A DNA stretch of 63,995 nucleotides, the filler included, from Octopus bimaculoides (lineage: Eukaryota), in the NCBI RefSeq assembly GCF_001194135.2. It is 7 parts of 6 records of this genome, joined end to end, with 100 filler letters (N's around TTAATTAATTAA, not from the genome) between each part and the next. Parts side by side here need not be neighbours in the genome. Positions count along the whole stretch, not along the records: positions 1 to 9,645 come from NC_068995.1; positions 9,746 to 37,591 come from NC_068986.1; 5 more parts are not named here. One strand, given 5' to 3'. The notes below the pieces were generated by a model that did no database searches, had not been told where the DNA came from, and saw nothing but the letters and a program-made list of their open reading frames with translations. This document shows, piece by piece, positions 1 to 12,532 of this stretch. Position numbers and translations under genes: made by a program. Positions within the stretch are counted from its first letter, which is position 1. The number at the start of each line of letters is the position of its first letter.

Positions 1-59
1 TACATACAAACATAAACACACACATGTATATATATATACGTGTAATCCAGTATGAATAT

Positions 60-268
60 TGGTTTCAAATTTTGGCACAAAGCCAGCAAGTTGTGGTGGG
101 GGAGTGAGGAGTAGAATGGATTATGTCGACCCCAGTTTTCAACTGGTACTTCTCTTATCAACCCAGAAAGGAACCTGGAATGAATTCGAACTTCGAACAT
201 AAAGACGGACGAAATGCAGCGTAGCTTATTGACCGGTGTGTTAGCGATTCTGCCAACTCGCTGTCTTA
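60..268 (-). mobile_element. tRNA-derived SINE, family A (CORE-like), degenerate copy
   Basis: Reverse complement matches the 478-708 copy (gcgagttggcagaatcgctaacac..., ataagagaagtaccagttgaaaactggggtcgac). Confidence 0.7.
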
Positions 269-477
269 TCCAGTACGAATATTAAGCATTATTTATATCA
301 GTACGCAATCTCTGATGATATCACTATGCAACCGGCCTATAAGGTCTCCATAATACGACTGGTATGTATATTTTTTGTTAAATTAACGAGCGTAAGATGA
401 TGCATCCAAATATTATAAACAAATGCATTGCTCTCATTTTGTTATACTTTCTGTTTTTAAATTACATATGTGTATTA

Positions 478-708
478 AGGTGGTGAGCTGGCAGAAACGT
501 TAGCACGCCAGGCGAAATGTTTAGCGGTATTTCGTCTGCTGTTACGTTCTTAGTTCAAATTCCGCCGAGGTCGATTTTGCCTTTCATCCTTTCGCAGTCG
601 ATTAAACAAGTACCAGTTACGCACTAGGGTCGATGTAATCGACTTAATCCCTTTGTCTGTCCTTGTTCGTCCCCTCTATTTTTAGCCGCCAGTGGGCAGT
701 AAAGAAAT
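478..708 (+). mobile_element. tRNA-derived SINE, family A (CORE-like)
   Basis: Head ggtggtgagctggcagaaacgttagc, B-box-like agttcaaattcc and body gcctttcatcctttcg...aagtaccag...gggtcgatgtaatcgac recur at 3.6, 21.1, 29.5, 30.2, 30.4 and 58.3 kb. The CORE-like label rests on recalled similarity of the cctttcatcctttcg motif. Confidence 0.8.
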
Positions 709-732
709 ACACTACATATGTGTATATTCGTG

Positions 733-777
<45 letters not shown>

Positions 778-1959
778 TTGTGTTTGAGTGTATACATATA
801 AATACATGCACGCACGCACACATACACATATGTATAAGCTGTATGCGTTTATGCATATTTATGTATACGTTTGTAGATGCTGTCTGTTGATAACTTCCCT
901 AGAAGTCACAAATCAAAATCACTGTGTAGGTGAATGCAGCCATTCGATAAACAGGAAACGAACGGCGTGTGAGGCTACTAACATTCGCTCAATATCATGG
1001 CTGAAACGTTCGAAGCTGATACTCCTGCATGGCTGCTACCAAATAGCTGAAAGCAGTTAAATAGTAACATAGAATGGTGTGATGATATTTAGTGTGAGGA
1101 GCAGTGAATATAGAGAGTGTTTTGACGGCCTCATTCTGTAAAATAGTGAGCTCCTTGAATTGTCTATAGTAAATCAAAAAAGGCGGATGTATTGAGTATA
1201 TAAAATAAATGTATGGTATTTAGAATATATTTCACTTTTCCTTTAGTGAACTAGACGATTATGTGTTCCAGATGTGAGAATTTCCGTCAGATTTTCGAGC
1301 AGAAAATTTGTTTATGTTGCTACATAAATTTACAAAGTATTTTAGCTATAACCTCAAAATTAATGCTATTGTATATCGATTTTCTTAAAACGATTTTATT
1401 TTACCGTATTATTCGTTCAGTTACTTATCATGAAACGGGAGAACATTTAACTATAAATAAACCTGTTTTTGCTGTCCTTATTTGAACTTACGTTGATTTA
1501 TCTCAGAAGATTTAGAAATTTTGTTATATTTATTTAATAGTGTGGTATGGCGATAAAACTAAATGGGTGCAGGAACACTTGCAAGGAAATATTTAGTTAA
1601 ATAAGTTAATGGATTCATAGAATACATTAAATGTCTTTCAAAATTCCTTTCGGTATTTTTTGTCCCGGTTCTTTCGGGTCTGATTTCAGATCCAACTGAG
1701 ATAAACTTTACCTTTCATTCTTCCGGAGTCAATAACATACTACCTATGCACGGGGTCGATTCAATTGAATTAATCCACCACACAATTGCTTGGTTACTGA
1801 GACCGAGTAAGAAAACATTACCTACTTTTGTTCCCTGTATAATTCGAGTTCCAATTCTGCGGAGAGCAACCAGGTATTGGAGTTGATTTAAATTCGGAGC
1901 TTTTAGTTCAAATGCTGCTGGAGTCATTTATAAAACTTGACAATATGATATCAAGAGAA

Positions 1960-2148
1960 TATTGGGTTGTTCGGAAAGTTAGTGCCGATTTTTAAAGGAA
2001 AGAAAAATGTCAATAAATACTTGCCGTTACATTTTTAATCAAGCAAATATGAATCATTTTGTTGCCCAATGCCTCTCCATCTTTCCTTTAACTTGAAAAT
2101 ACCCTCTTCCCAGAATTGAGACGGTTTCATGGCAAATAAGTCGAAAGG
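1960..2148 (-). mobile_element. mariner 3' end fragment (transposase C-terminus plus TIR)
   Basis: Minus strand reads LFAMKPSQFWEEGIFKLKERWRGIGQQNDSYLLD*, the typical mariner C-terminus. It ends in the TA-flanked TIR-like sequence tattgggttgttcggaaagtt. Confidence 0.75.
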
Positions 2149-3600
2149 TAATTAATTAATAATCATAATTTTAACATTGGTGGAGTGTTACAATTTATGA
2201 TGCAGCTATAATCGTTCAATTATCTCAGAATATTTGACTGGGATCTATAGTATTGATTAGAAAAAGTGAAATTCAAATTCGACCAGTGTTTGAAATCAGA
2301 AAACAAACTGATAATGAAATACCTCAAGGCTTTTTTTGTTCAGTATTGTACCCTATTCTATCATATATGCCTTAATTAGTTAATTGATTAATTAACTATA
2401 CGGTGCTGAATTAAATAATTAATTATCGACCAATGGATTTGAAGTCTTCTTGCAGTCAATAGGAACGCATGCGTTTTATAAGACATTGCTGGAATAGGAA
2501 ACAGGACCTCATTAGTGATACAAGCCTGTGGCAAATCAAACATGGATATATATGGGCTGGCCTTATAGCTAGAAATCCCATCATCGATCTGCTTGCTACG
2601 TATACATGTTGTTTTCCTTGTTGACCTTATTAATGCGAAGACTACGAACCAGCCTAATGGATGTGTTGACCAAAGCCGGCAATCTGAGCCATTTTGACCA
2701 TATGATGGGTTGACAAAGTTGTTTATGCGTTGGATACTCCGCCATCCGGTAATTGTTCTGGCTCTTTGCTTTCTGAGTTCAAATTCAACTGAGATCAACT
2801 ATGCTTTACATCATTCTAGGTTCGATAAGACAAAGAATCAGTCAGAAATTAGTTTTGGTTCAATCGACTTACATCTCCGCTCTTAATATGTGCCAAGGTC
2901 AAAATTGCTTCTCATCCCTCCGTGGTCGATAAAAGAAGTACCAGTTAAGATCTGATGTCGACTCAGTCGACAAACTCCACTCTTTCTAAATATGTGATCT
3001 TATGACTATGTGAAAAATGATGAATTAATTAAATATTAGTAAACATAATTTTCGAAAACAAAATAAAATATTTCTAACAAAGATAGAAGGTCAAACATCT
3101 TGCGGCAGAGAAAAGCGGATCTTATCAACCCTAGTATTTGACTGTCAGTGTATTTTATCAACACTCAAATTGAGGAAAATAAATAATGTCAACTTTAGCG
3201 GGATTAGAACATAAAAAGCCGTGAGCAAATAATGGTATTTTGACTAACGATTTACAGATCCAACCAGCCACTTTTAATAATTAAAGTATTATGAGCGCGA
3301 GCTAACAGTAGAGTCACTAAGTCGGTTGTTTGCAAATAGTGCGCCGGAAGGGGTATTTAGGTATGTCGTGGATTTACGAAAAAAATTAAAACATTTAACT
3401 TTAGAAAATCCTCACTAATAATTGAACATCTTGAAAAAACATGTTATTCATAATTTTGTGAGACGCAATTATGATTAATCAGACACAGTATGCAAGAGTT
3501 TTCTAAATTCTATCTTTCAAATATAGTTTTATTAATTCTTCTTTTTTTAAGCGAGCTGCACTAATATTTTTTTCTTTATGTTATTTAATCACTAAAGAAA

Positions 3601-3790
3601 GAGGCAAACAGGCAAAATCGTTAGAACGTTGGAATAAAGGCTTTGAGGTATTTCATACGAATTTTTATGTTCTGAGTTCAAAATCCACCGAGATCACCTT
3701 TGCCTTTCATCTCTCTGGAGCCGATAAAAGAAAGTGCTAGGCACGAAACTAGTTCGATCGTATCGATTTTTCCCTTCCTTCAAATTTTCC
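3601..3790 (+). mobile_element. SINE family A, degenerate
   Basis: ggcaaaatcgttagaacg...ttctgagttcaaaatccaccgagatcacctttgcctttcatc matches family A. Confidence 0.65.
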
Positions 3791-4699
3791 GCCCGTTTGT
3801 CTAAAATCAGAAACTTTTATTGTTCAATGCAGTGTACCGCGAAATCAACTGAGAAATCTCTACGTGATTGCTTGTCCTGCTAATAAAAGAGACCAAGTTT
3901 CTCACATAGGGCATGAAGAGTGAATTGTTACGGCGGATAAAGTAATTTGAACATCGATCACTATGATTTAGACCAGTTTTGCGATGGGCTTATTCGAACA
4001 ACGACAGCGACCCGAGGTATATGACGTTCTGCACAGAGATAAGAATTAGAGAATTTCAAAATCTCCATAGACTAGCACTGAAGACATTTTGATCAGTACA
4101 ATTACAAAAACGGGAAATGTTCGAATATTTCTGAAACAAGGCTTCGAAACAAACGGTTCAAAAGTAAAACGAAAAGAGACATGAGGAGGAAACAAAGTTT
4201 TTTCCTTTCAGCTGTTACACGCTAATTTTGTGTGTATACTCAAATATTAACTTGAATTGGACCATCAGAACCCCACAATGTTAAATAAGGAAAAGAACCT
4301 GGAACTGTGATATTAATACGGACTGCTTTAATGATATCTGCCAGGATTTTTCAAATGAAGATAGAAAAGCTCTTTCATTTGAGTTTGAATAACAACAATG
4401 TTAATTGTTACATACCGAGCCTCCGGAAAGTCCCGCATATATTTACTGCTTCACTTACAGATTGTATCTGTAAAGTTTGTGTGAACCGGTATCTTTCTTT
4501 GCCTCAAAATCCGAAAGTCACCAGATTGTGTTTACCCACTTACCAACATTACCGAGTGCGCCAATAATTTATGGTATAAATGCAAATTTATAATCACATT
4601 CGAAAAGCTGTAGACTTTGAAGCAGCTGTCCATAGATAATTCTCATCGCTGATTTTGGACGAGTTATCCACGTCTGTAGTTCATCTTATCTATGTAGCT

Positions 4700-5650
4700 G
4701 TACGTGACTTTGCTTTTCATTCTCAAATAACTGCATCACTTGGTTGAAAACTCAATGAGAATCTTTCAATGTTTTACAAATGTTCTTTGCATTGGTACAT
4801 ACGTACGTATGTATTCCATAGCAGGCGTGCTGCATATTGTTTTAGTAACATCAACTGTCAGAGGTAGTACCACGATGACATTTTTGGACAGTTACTCAGT
4901 ATTGTCATGTGTCTTCCACAGAAGAGTGACATAATTGACATTTCCTGTCGCATTTTGGGGTTTTGTTGGTTGCACTTTTCTACTTGTTTAGAGGATATTT
5001 TCTAACCATCTGCTGTACTTGGATTGCAAAACCACAACCTTCAAGACGTGACTCGATGTAGCGACGAAAAGTGGGATGGAAGCACTCACAATAGTTTTAT
5101 TTAGGTGGGTGACTGTTAAAATCGCTACATTTTGCAGTGTACACCAGGCTGGGTAATAAATGGTAAGGACGGCCACTTCAGGAATCGAACTCTAAAAGAT
5201 CGCATACAAAACTAAATGTTTTTAAGTCATAAGGCATTTCTATCACTCCACTTCATTTAAAATATGTTACAGCGAATTAAATATATTCAGAATGGAAATG
5301 TTTGCTCGGCTAGCTTCGACATACATTCTCTGAACATAAGTTCTATTGAAAAAGATAAGTAGATTTCTATTTTATCGCCTTAAGAAATATATTCATTCTT
5401 AAGAATTCTCTTTTGGAAAACCTGACAACATTACAACCACCATTGGTAAAATAGCAATATCCTGAAGCATGAAGATTGAAGATGCTGTCCTACCTCTAAT
5501 AATAACGCCAGTGGTATTCAATTTTTGTTGCATAACGTAGATGACCTAAAGCAAATTAATAGCTGTTCCTGTAAGTTCATGATTTAGTACCAGTTGTGCT
5601 GATGTTTACATATACGTATTTGTATTCCTTTCTATTCCAGAATGTAATAA
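4700..5650 (-). pseudogene. possible highly decayed 7TM/GPCR relic
   Basis: Minus-strand hydrophobic segments in plausible order, broken by stops and frameshifts: LTGTAINLL*VIYVMQQK (TM1-like GxxN), LLIFFNRTY (DRY-like), ASIPLFVATSSHVLKVVVL (TM5-like). Weak. Confidence 0.2.
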
Positions 5651-6894
5651 AACTGCACACCAAGAATATTTATGACATTATAAGGTTTTAACATTATTGT
5701 ATGTTGATCAAACTATTCAAACTCTCATCACATTTTCACAAAAGGAAGCATAGAAAATTTTAAAGATACTTCAGGCTACTTTAGACCACTTCAGGTATAT
5801 AACAATGTTATCGTGTAATATCTTTTAAAAAGGCGAAGATAGGCATTTCAGATATAAATGTATCTAAGTTGTTATTAAATAAAGCACGATTGAATACTTA
5901 TGTAACGAATAATGTCTTAACATTCACAAATGTAAAATAGAAAAGTGATTTTTCTAAAACTCATTTTACGCCGTCAGATTTTAAACGTAAATTCAAGAAC
6001 AACGCCGCAGGCAACATCACAAAGTAGATGGTGGCAGTCGTAAATCTCGGAACAATCCCTTTACTTGGACAAAACGGCGAATATTTTGAATGTTATCTCG
6101 CCAATGTAAGATTCCTCGACAACGAAGATTACACAGGAAATATTTAATAAAGAAAAACATATATTAGAGAAAAATATGTAATAATTGCCCTTGACATATT
6201 GAATAAGAGCATGGAAATTCTGCGAGCAATACAGTATTAGTGAGTTCAATCCAGGCCTGTGGATATGTATATGTAAATGTCATTCAATGACGTACAGAGA
6301 ATTACGTATTTGAAACGTTGTGGTTTACTTAAGAAATGTCAAAAAACAAAACAAAACTATTAAAAGTATAATCAGCAACGAAAAAAGAAACACAAGATTA
6401 TGTTAAAAAATAAAACGAATTTTTTTCCACTACCACGCTTACTAATTATTCATTTGCCTGGGGGAATCACTATAATTTGTCAGATATTTTGAAGGCTACA
6501 ATATTATCTAATCCAGAATATGTAAATTTTATACAGCAGAGTAAAAGAAATTCTAACGCTGGAGCTCGTTTCCTAACAAAAATATTTTCACACAAACATC
6601 AACCCACAGATGCTCAGACAGAATATTAAAAATATCAATGCCACATTTGTTATATACATGCACGCACTTCAACAGCAATTTCCAGACTACACTTGCCATT
6701 CCAACTGCTTTGCCAATTTCGTTCCTCCCTCACACTCACACCAACTCTGAACACCTCACTTACATGCCTTCACACAACACACCAGAAGAATACCCACGCC
6801 AACCAATAATTCCCATAAATCAATTCTATAGTTTTCAATTTGAACACACACAGATATATACACACAGATATATACACACAGACATGTATGTGTG

Positions 6895-6939
<45 letters not shown>

Positions 6940-7781
6940 NNNNNNNNNNNNNNNNNNNNNNNNNNNNNNNNNNNNNNNNNNNNNNNNNNNNNNNNNNNNN
7001 NNNNNNNNNNNNNNNNNNNNNNNNNNNNNNNNNNNNNNNNNNNNNNNNNNNNNNNNNNNNNNNNNNNNNNNNNNNNNNNNNNNNNNNNNNNNNNNNNNNN
7101 NNNNNNNNNNNNNNNNNNNNNNNNNNNNNNNNNNNNNNNNNNNNNNNNNNNNNNNNNNNNNNNNNNNNNNNNNNNNNNNNNNNNNNNNNNNNNNNNNNNN
7201 NNNNNNNNNNNNNNNNNNNNNNNNNNNNNNNNNNNNNNNNNNNNNNNNNNNNNNNNNNNNNNNNNNNNNNNNNNNNNNNNNNNNNNNNNNNNNNNNNNNN
7301 NNNNNNNNNNNNNNNNNNNNNNNNNNNNNNNNNNNNNNNNNNNNNNNNNNNNNNNNNNNNNNNNNNNNNNNNNNNNNNNNNNNNNNNNNNNNNNNNNNNN
7401 NNNNNNNNNNNNNNNNNNNNNNNNNNNNNNNNNNNNNNNNNNNNNNNNNNNNNNNNNNNNNNNNNNNNNNNNNNNNNNNNNNNNNNNNNNNNNNNNNNNN
7501 NNNNNNNNNNNNNNNNNNNNNNNNNNNNNNNNNNNNNNNNNNNNNNNNNNNNNNNNNNNNNNNNNNNNNNNNNNNNNNNNNNNNNNNNNNNNNNNNNNNN
7601 NNNNNNNNNNNNNNNNNNNNNNNNNNNNNNNNNNNNNNNNNNNNNNNNNNNNNNNNNNNNNNNNNNNNGGAGGTGATGTACAGGAATTATAATTATAGAA
7701 ATCTGGATGGTTGTACATTTACAGATTTTCATTAATGTTTTATAAATAAAGCGCTTTTCACCTAATCGTATAGGATTTTCA

Positions 7782-7836
<55 letters not shown>

Positions 7837-7872
7837 GGTGATAATCTTCCTTCTCCGAACTTTTCGGTTTTT

Positions 7873-7907
7873 CTTTCTGACGAAGAGTTATGCACGAAAC
7901 GTCAGAA
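7873..7907 (+). ncRNA. minimal type-I hammerhead ribozyme motif (Penelope-like repeat fragment), slightly decayed
   Basis: cttt-CTGACGA-A-gagt(tat)gcac-GAAAC-GTC-agaa. Helix II has one mismatch. Downstream ccgagcgccaaactaatac matches the flanks of the 17.9, 18.3 and 61.3 kb copies. Confidence 0.65.
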
Positions 7908-8374
7908 AATCCTCTCTTTTTTCCACGTTTACCGAGCGCCAAACTAATACGCACCACGTGTACGTCATCTTGTTGTTTTATTATTGATAGTTTTAATGTT
8001 CGATTATTCGATGTGACTATATATAAATGTAAGTAGGTAGGGTAAATCCCAACTGTTTTGTCTGAAGCACATCTGCTTACTCCATTATTACAATCCAGTT
8101 TATGGTTGAAGTATAGACGCAAAGTCCATATTAAAGTTGAAAATATTGTTTGCAGAGTTATTTTATAACAACAGAACAAGTTGCAAAATGTACTGACATT
8201 ACTAATTTTCCATTACAGATGTTTCATTTGTTAATAGGAATTATGGAGCTTTACACGTTAGATAGACGTGTAAGGAATTTCCTGTCAGAAATTCTTCGGA
8301 GAAATTAAATAATTATTAGTAACTGATAATTGAATAATCATTATTAATAACGAAATAATAATTACTGTTTAATT

Positions 8375-8451
<77 letters not shown>

Positions 8452-8455
8452 CTCT
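8375..8455. repeat. (CT)n microsatellite
   Basis: Direct reading. Confidence 0.95.
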
Positions 8456-8495
8456 GTGGGAAATATCTAACGAGAAATATCTATCTAACATAATA

Positions 8496-8822
8496 AAGAA
8501 GCTTGTTTCCTAACCCCATGGTTCTGGGTTCAGTATGACTGCATGGCACCTAAAGCATCTGTACTCTACTATAGCCTTGGGTCGACCAAATCATTGTGAG
8601 TACATTTGGTGGACGGAAACTAATAAATATATATATCTGTGTGTGTATGTGTGTGAGTCACCCATCAACGTTTGACAACGACAGCTCGGCAAACGAATCC
8701 GATAGAATAAACACCAGGCTTAGCAAAATAATTTAAGTACTGGGATGGACTCATTCGACTAAAAATTCTTCAACGTGATGTCCAGACATGGCCGCGGTCT
8801 CACGATTGAAACTAACAGGCGA
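8496..8822 (+). mobile_element. SINE family B (internal (TA)/(TG) microsatellite), 5'-truncated
   Basis: ggttctgggttcag...ctactatagccttgggtcgaccaaa...gatagaataa...ctgggatggactcattcgactaaaaattcttcaa...catggccgc is collinear with the 12016 copy. Confidence 0.75.
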
Positions 8823-9320
8823 TATGAAACGTACGCATGTGTCTATGCATATACTCATATAAGCATATAAACATGCGTGTAGATGGTGAATACGAATCGA
8901 TTATATCTTTCACATCGCATTAAATAGTTATTTTGTTATACATTGGCATATAAGGCATATCTTGCTTTAATAAACATTCAATGCGATTCATGCTAGCAGA
9001 GCTTTTATCAGAAAATACGAAGCAGCAATAGTATTACTCTGCATTATTTGCTGTAAACTTAATCAACACAGGCACTGCAATACAAACTCAGATAAACAGA
9101 TTAGGTGAATGACGAATGTTGTAAAATATAGATTGTTGGAACGTAATAATTTCTCCGGAGAGGACAAAGTAAATGAGTATTCCATATCTAACGAAAGGTA
9201 GAAATAGAAAGAATTGTGCACCGCTAGGATGGAACATTGGGCAAGTGTGTTCAACTGTGCCCTCGGGTTAACCAAGATTTTATGAGTAGATTTGGAACAA
9301 GGAAACTAAAAGAAGTCTGT

Positions 9321-9485
9321 TACTCTTTTAATCTTTTACTTGTTTCAGTCATTTAACTGCGGCCATGCTGGAGCAGCGCCTTTAGTCGAGGAAATCGACC
9401 ACATGACTTATTCGAACCGCTAGCTTACGGGGACGTAAACACACCCGCATCGGTTGTCAAGTGATGTTGGTGAAGACAAACACAA

Positions 9486-9516
<31 letters not shown>

Positions 9517-9640
9517 CATATAAATTTATACGTCGGGCTTCTTTCAGTTTCCGTCTAACAAATCCACTCACAGCGCTTTGGTCGGCCCGAGACTATAGTA
9601 GAAGACAAATGCTACTTACAACACAGCCACTCCTGCACCT
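9321..9640 (-). mobile_element. SINE family B
   Basis: Reverse complement of the 12016 copy (aggagtggctgtgt head at 9640, tgaaacaagtaaaaga tail), with a small internal deletion. Confidence 0.85.
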
Positions 9641-9689
9641 ATATANNNNNNNNNNNNNNNNNNNNNNNNNNNNNNNNNNNNNNNNNNNN

Positions 9690-9701
9690 TTAATTAATTA
9701 A
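9690..9701. other. assembly gap linker TTAATTAATTAA (also 37636-37647, 51739-51750, 59178-59189, 60839-60850, 62882-62893)
   Basis: Flanked by 44 N on each side wherever counted (100 bp in total). The 12-mer carries stops in all six frames. This is an artificial scaffold spacer. Confidence 0.95.
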
Positions 9702-9745
9702 NNNNNNNNNNNNNNNNNNNNNNNNNNNNNNNNNNNNNNNNNNNN

Positions 9746-9784
<39 letters not shown>

Positions 9785-10410
9785 TTAATTAGTTTGTCTG
9801 AAGAAAATGTATTAAAATATCCGAAGAAATATCAACAAAGGATTCAGTATCAGAAGAAATTTCTTAAATGCTCAACAATGAGAAACCAGTAAAGCGGAAT
9901 ACATATTCCATATACGTTCTCATGAAGTATAAGGCATCCAAATAGTGTCAAAAAGAACATTGAGAAATTCAGATTATGTAAAATCAAAAAATACGTCCAG
10001 AACAAATATCTTTATTTTAAATATGATCTCATAAGTTTGCCAATTTTTCAATTGCTTTATCACACATACACACATATATACGTATATATAATTGAAGTCA
10101 ACGAAAATGAGTACGGTTGGACATATATTTTCAATCACAAAAATTGCTTCTACGCCACATATATAGTTCTCCAGGACTGCAGGTACTTGATTTTGCAACC
10201 GTTTCTCTGCATAATGAGATTTAGTTGAGACTCCTCTGGTGATATATAAATATTGTCTCTCATTAAGTTCAAGTTCTCAGGTTCAGGAGCATCCTCTCTG
10301 CCTGTCATATATTTATATACAATGATTATACGTTTGTACTTCATTAAAAGAAAGAAGAAAATAAGGATAAAATTGATTCATTGTTAAATTATATAGAAGT
10401 AAAAATTATT

Positions 10411-11346
10411 TTAGTTTTCTGTACTCGGCAACGTATAGATACTTTTTCTATTCACCGCAACTTGCTTGAAACATATTTGTTTTAAATTGTCTCGAAATGA
10501 TTTACTTACAACAAAATATAATATAAAGTTGATACCGTTATTAACACACGCTACCAAGTCTAATAACAAAAGTATTGCATCTTTATTCTTTGATTCAAAA
10601 ATATTTAGTAATGTGTAAATAGACACAGGCAAAGTTGCTAACAAAAATACACTATTAATTGTTATCACCAGGTAAATAGAATTTTTTGATTGTGATGTAG
10701 AGCTTCTTTGGACATTCTGGCCGAAATTTTCAGGGTGAAGTAGTTTGTAAATTATGAGAATAGACATGATAAATAATAATATAGCAGGTAAAAATGAATA
10801 AAGGAACATTGCAGCGCACGTTTGGTAAACAACATTGTTTATAAATATTATAATCATTGCCAAGATGACGGCAATGCAGACGAGAAGAAAAAAGAGTACG
10901 ATGAATGATTTATAACGCCCAGAGGAATGAAGTTTGGAAAAAGGACAAAAAATTGCTCCCAGACGTTCAATTGATATTAATATTGTAATCCAGGAGGAAC
11001 AAATATTGAAAGCAAATGCAACGATTACATAAATTGGATTGGTTAAAATACGGTTTCCTGGATCCGATAAGTGTAGAGAATTAGACGTCCAAAAAATAAT
11101 CATTGGACAATTCAAACAAATCGAAATCATATCTGAAGAAACCAAACATATGATATATGGAACAATTTTATTCCGACGCATATTCTTTCTGCAAAATGTT
11201 GCAATGGCTGTTATATTCCCGATAGTTCCGAATATTAATAGCATTATAGAACCATATCTTATAGATATAATAAAATAGATATTTGAATCATTAAGTTTTT
11301 GGGTAGTGTTGGTCGTTGCCTCCTGTTCCGTTACGTTCTTTTCCAT
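10411..11346 (-). CDS. intronless orphan class-A (rhodopsin-like) GPCR, 311 aa, FMRFamide-receptor/chemoreceptor-like
   Basis: Seven hydrophobic segments with GN (TM1), SD (TM2), ERL (DRY-equivalent), FLP (TM5), TLP (TM6) and NNGINFILY (NPxxY-equivalent). N-glycosylation sequons NVT, NTT and NDS in the N-terminus. Intact ATG to stop. Confidence 0.9.
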   Translation of the reverse strand: MEKNVTEQEATTNTTQKLNDSNIYFIISIRYGSIMLLIFGTIGNITAIATFCRKNMRRNKIVPYIICLVSSDMISICLNCPMIIFWTSNSLHLSDPGNRILTNPIYVIVAFAFNICSSWITILISIERLGAIFCPFSKLHSSGRYKSFIVLFFLLVCIAVILAMIIIFINNVVYQTCAAMFLYSFLPAILLFIMSILIIYKLLHPENFGQNVQRSSTSQSKNSIYLVITINSVFLLATLPVSIYTLLNIFESKNKDAILLLLDLVACVNNGINFILYFVVSKSFRDNLKQICFKQVAVNRKSIYTLPSTEN

Positions 11347-11444
11347 TATGCCACTAGTTGAACGTTCCAGGCAACACTGAACAAAATTTTATATGTTGGT
11401 TTAATGATTACGAGTTTTCAGTTTTTATTTCATATATGTGTATT

Positions 11445-11478
<34 letters not shown>

Positions 11479-12015
11479 TNNNNNNNNNNNNNNNNNNNNN
11501 NNNNNNNNNNNNNNNNNNNNNNNNNNNNNNNNNNNNNNNNNNNNNNNNNNNNNNNNNNNNNNNNNNNNNNNNNNNNNNNNNNNNNNNNNNNNNNNNNNNN
11601 NNNNNNNNNNNNNNNNNNNNNNNNNNNNNNNNNNNNNNNNNNNNNNNNNNNNNNNNNNNNNNNNNNNNNNNNNNNNNNNNNNNNNNNNNNNNNNNNNNNN
11701 NNNNNNNNNNNNNNNNNNNNNNNNNNNNNNNNNNNNNNNNNNNNNNNNNNNNNNNNNNNNNNNNNNNNNNNNNNNNNNNNNNNNNNNNNNNNATATATAT
11801 ATATATATAAGATCAGTGATTAAAGATGAACATCATAATTGGGCAAATAACTTTATATCATACTCAAATGTTTGCCTAATTCTGAAGTTTATATTTTATA
11901 CCCACAGAGTTTCTCTTCTGCCTCCCTTTTTTGCTTCAGCACTTCTATTTGCAGCCCTATATTATTTTATTTTTCGATTCCTGTAAGGATAAACGAAATT
12001 AAAAAAATTATATAT

Positions 12016-12183
12016 AGGAGTGGCTCTGTGGTAAGTAGCTTGCTTAACAACCGCATGTTTCCAGTTCAATTGCCACTGGGTGGCCCCTTGGGCACGTTTC
12101 TTCTATTATAGCCTCGGGCCGACCAAAGCTTTGTGAGTGGATTTGATTGACAGTGACTGAAAGAAGCCAGTCGTATGTATATG

Positions 12184-12239
<56 letters not shown>

Positions 12240-12444
12240 TGTATATGTTTGTCCCACCAACATCACTTGACAACCGATGCTGGTTTGTTTCCGTCCCCGT
12301 AACTTAGCGGTTCGGCAAAAGAGACCGATAAAATAAGTACTAGGTTTACAAAGAATAAGTCCTGGGGTCGATTTGCTCAACTAAAGACCTTGCTCCCCCA
12401 TCGCCACCGTCAAATTACATAAACAATTAAATCAGTAAAAGAGT
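12016..12444 (+). mobile_element. SINE family B, near full length
   Basis: tRNA-like head aggagtggctctgtggtaag, ccttgggcacgt, an internal (TA)(TG) tract and a 3' module gataaaataagtact...cctggggtcgatttgctcaact. About ten copies occur in the window. Confidence 0.85.
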
Positions 12445-12482
12445 ATATCTATATATAGACATATACATACATACGTGTGTGT

Positions 12483-12532
<50 letters not shown>

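Noticed and set aside
9646-9745. Recurrent TTAATTAATTAA motif in six places, superficially a regulatory or PacI-like site
   Set aside because: It is always centred in a 100-bp N block and is an artificial six-frame-stop gap linker.
11039-11278. Plus-strand ORFs overlapping GPCR genes (also 19841-20071 and 54994-55227)
   Set aside because: These are antisense or alternate-frame shadows of real coding sequence with no independent features.
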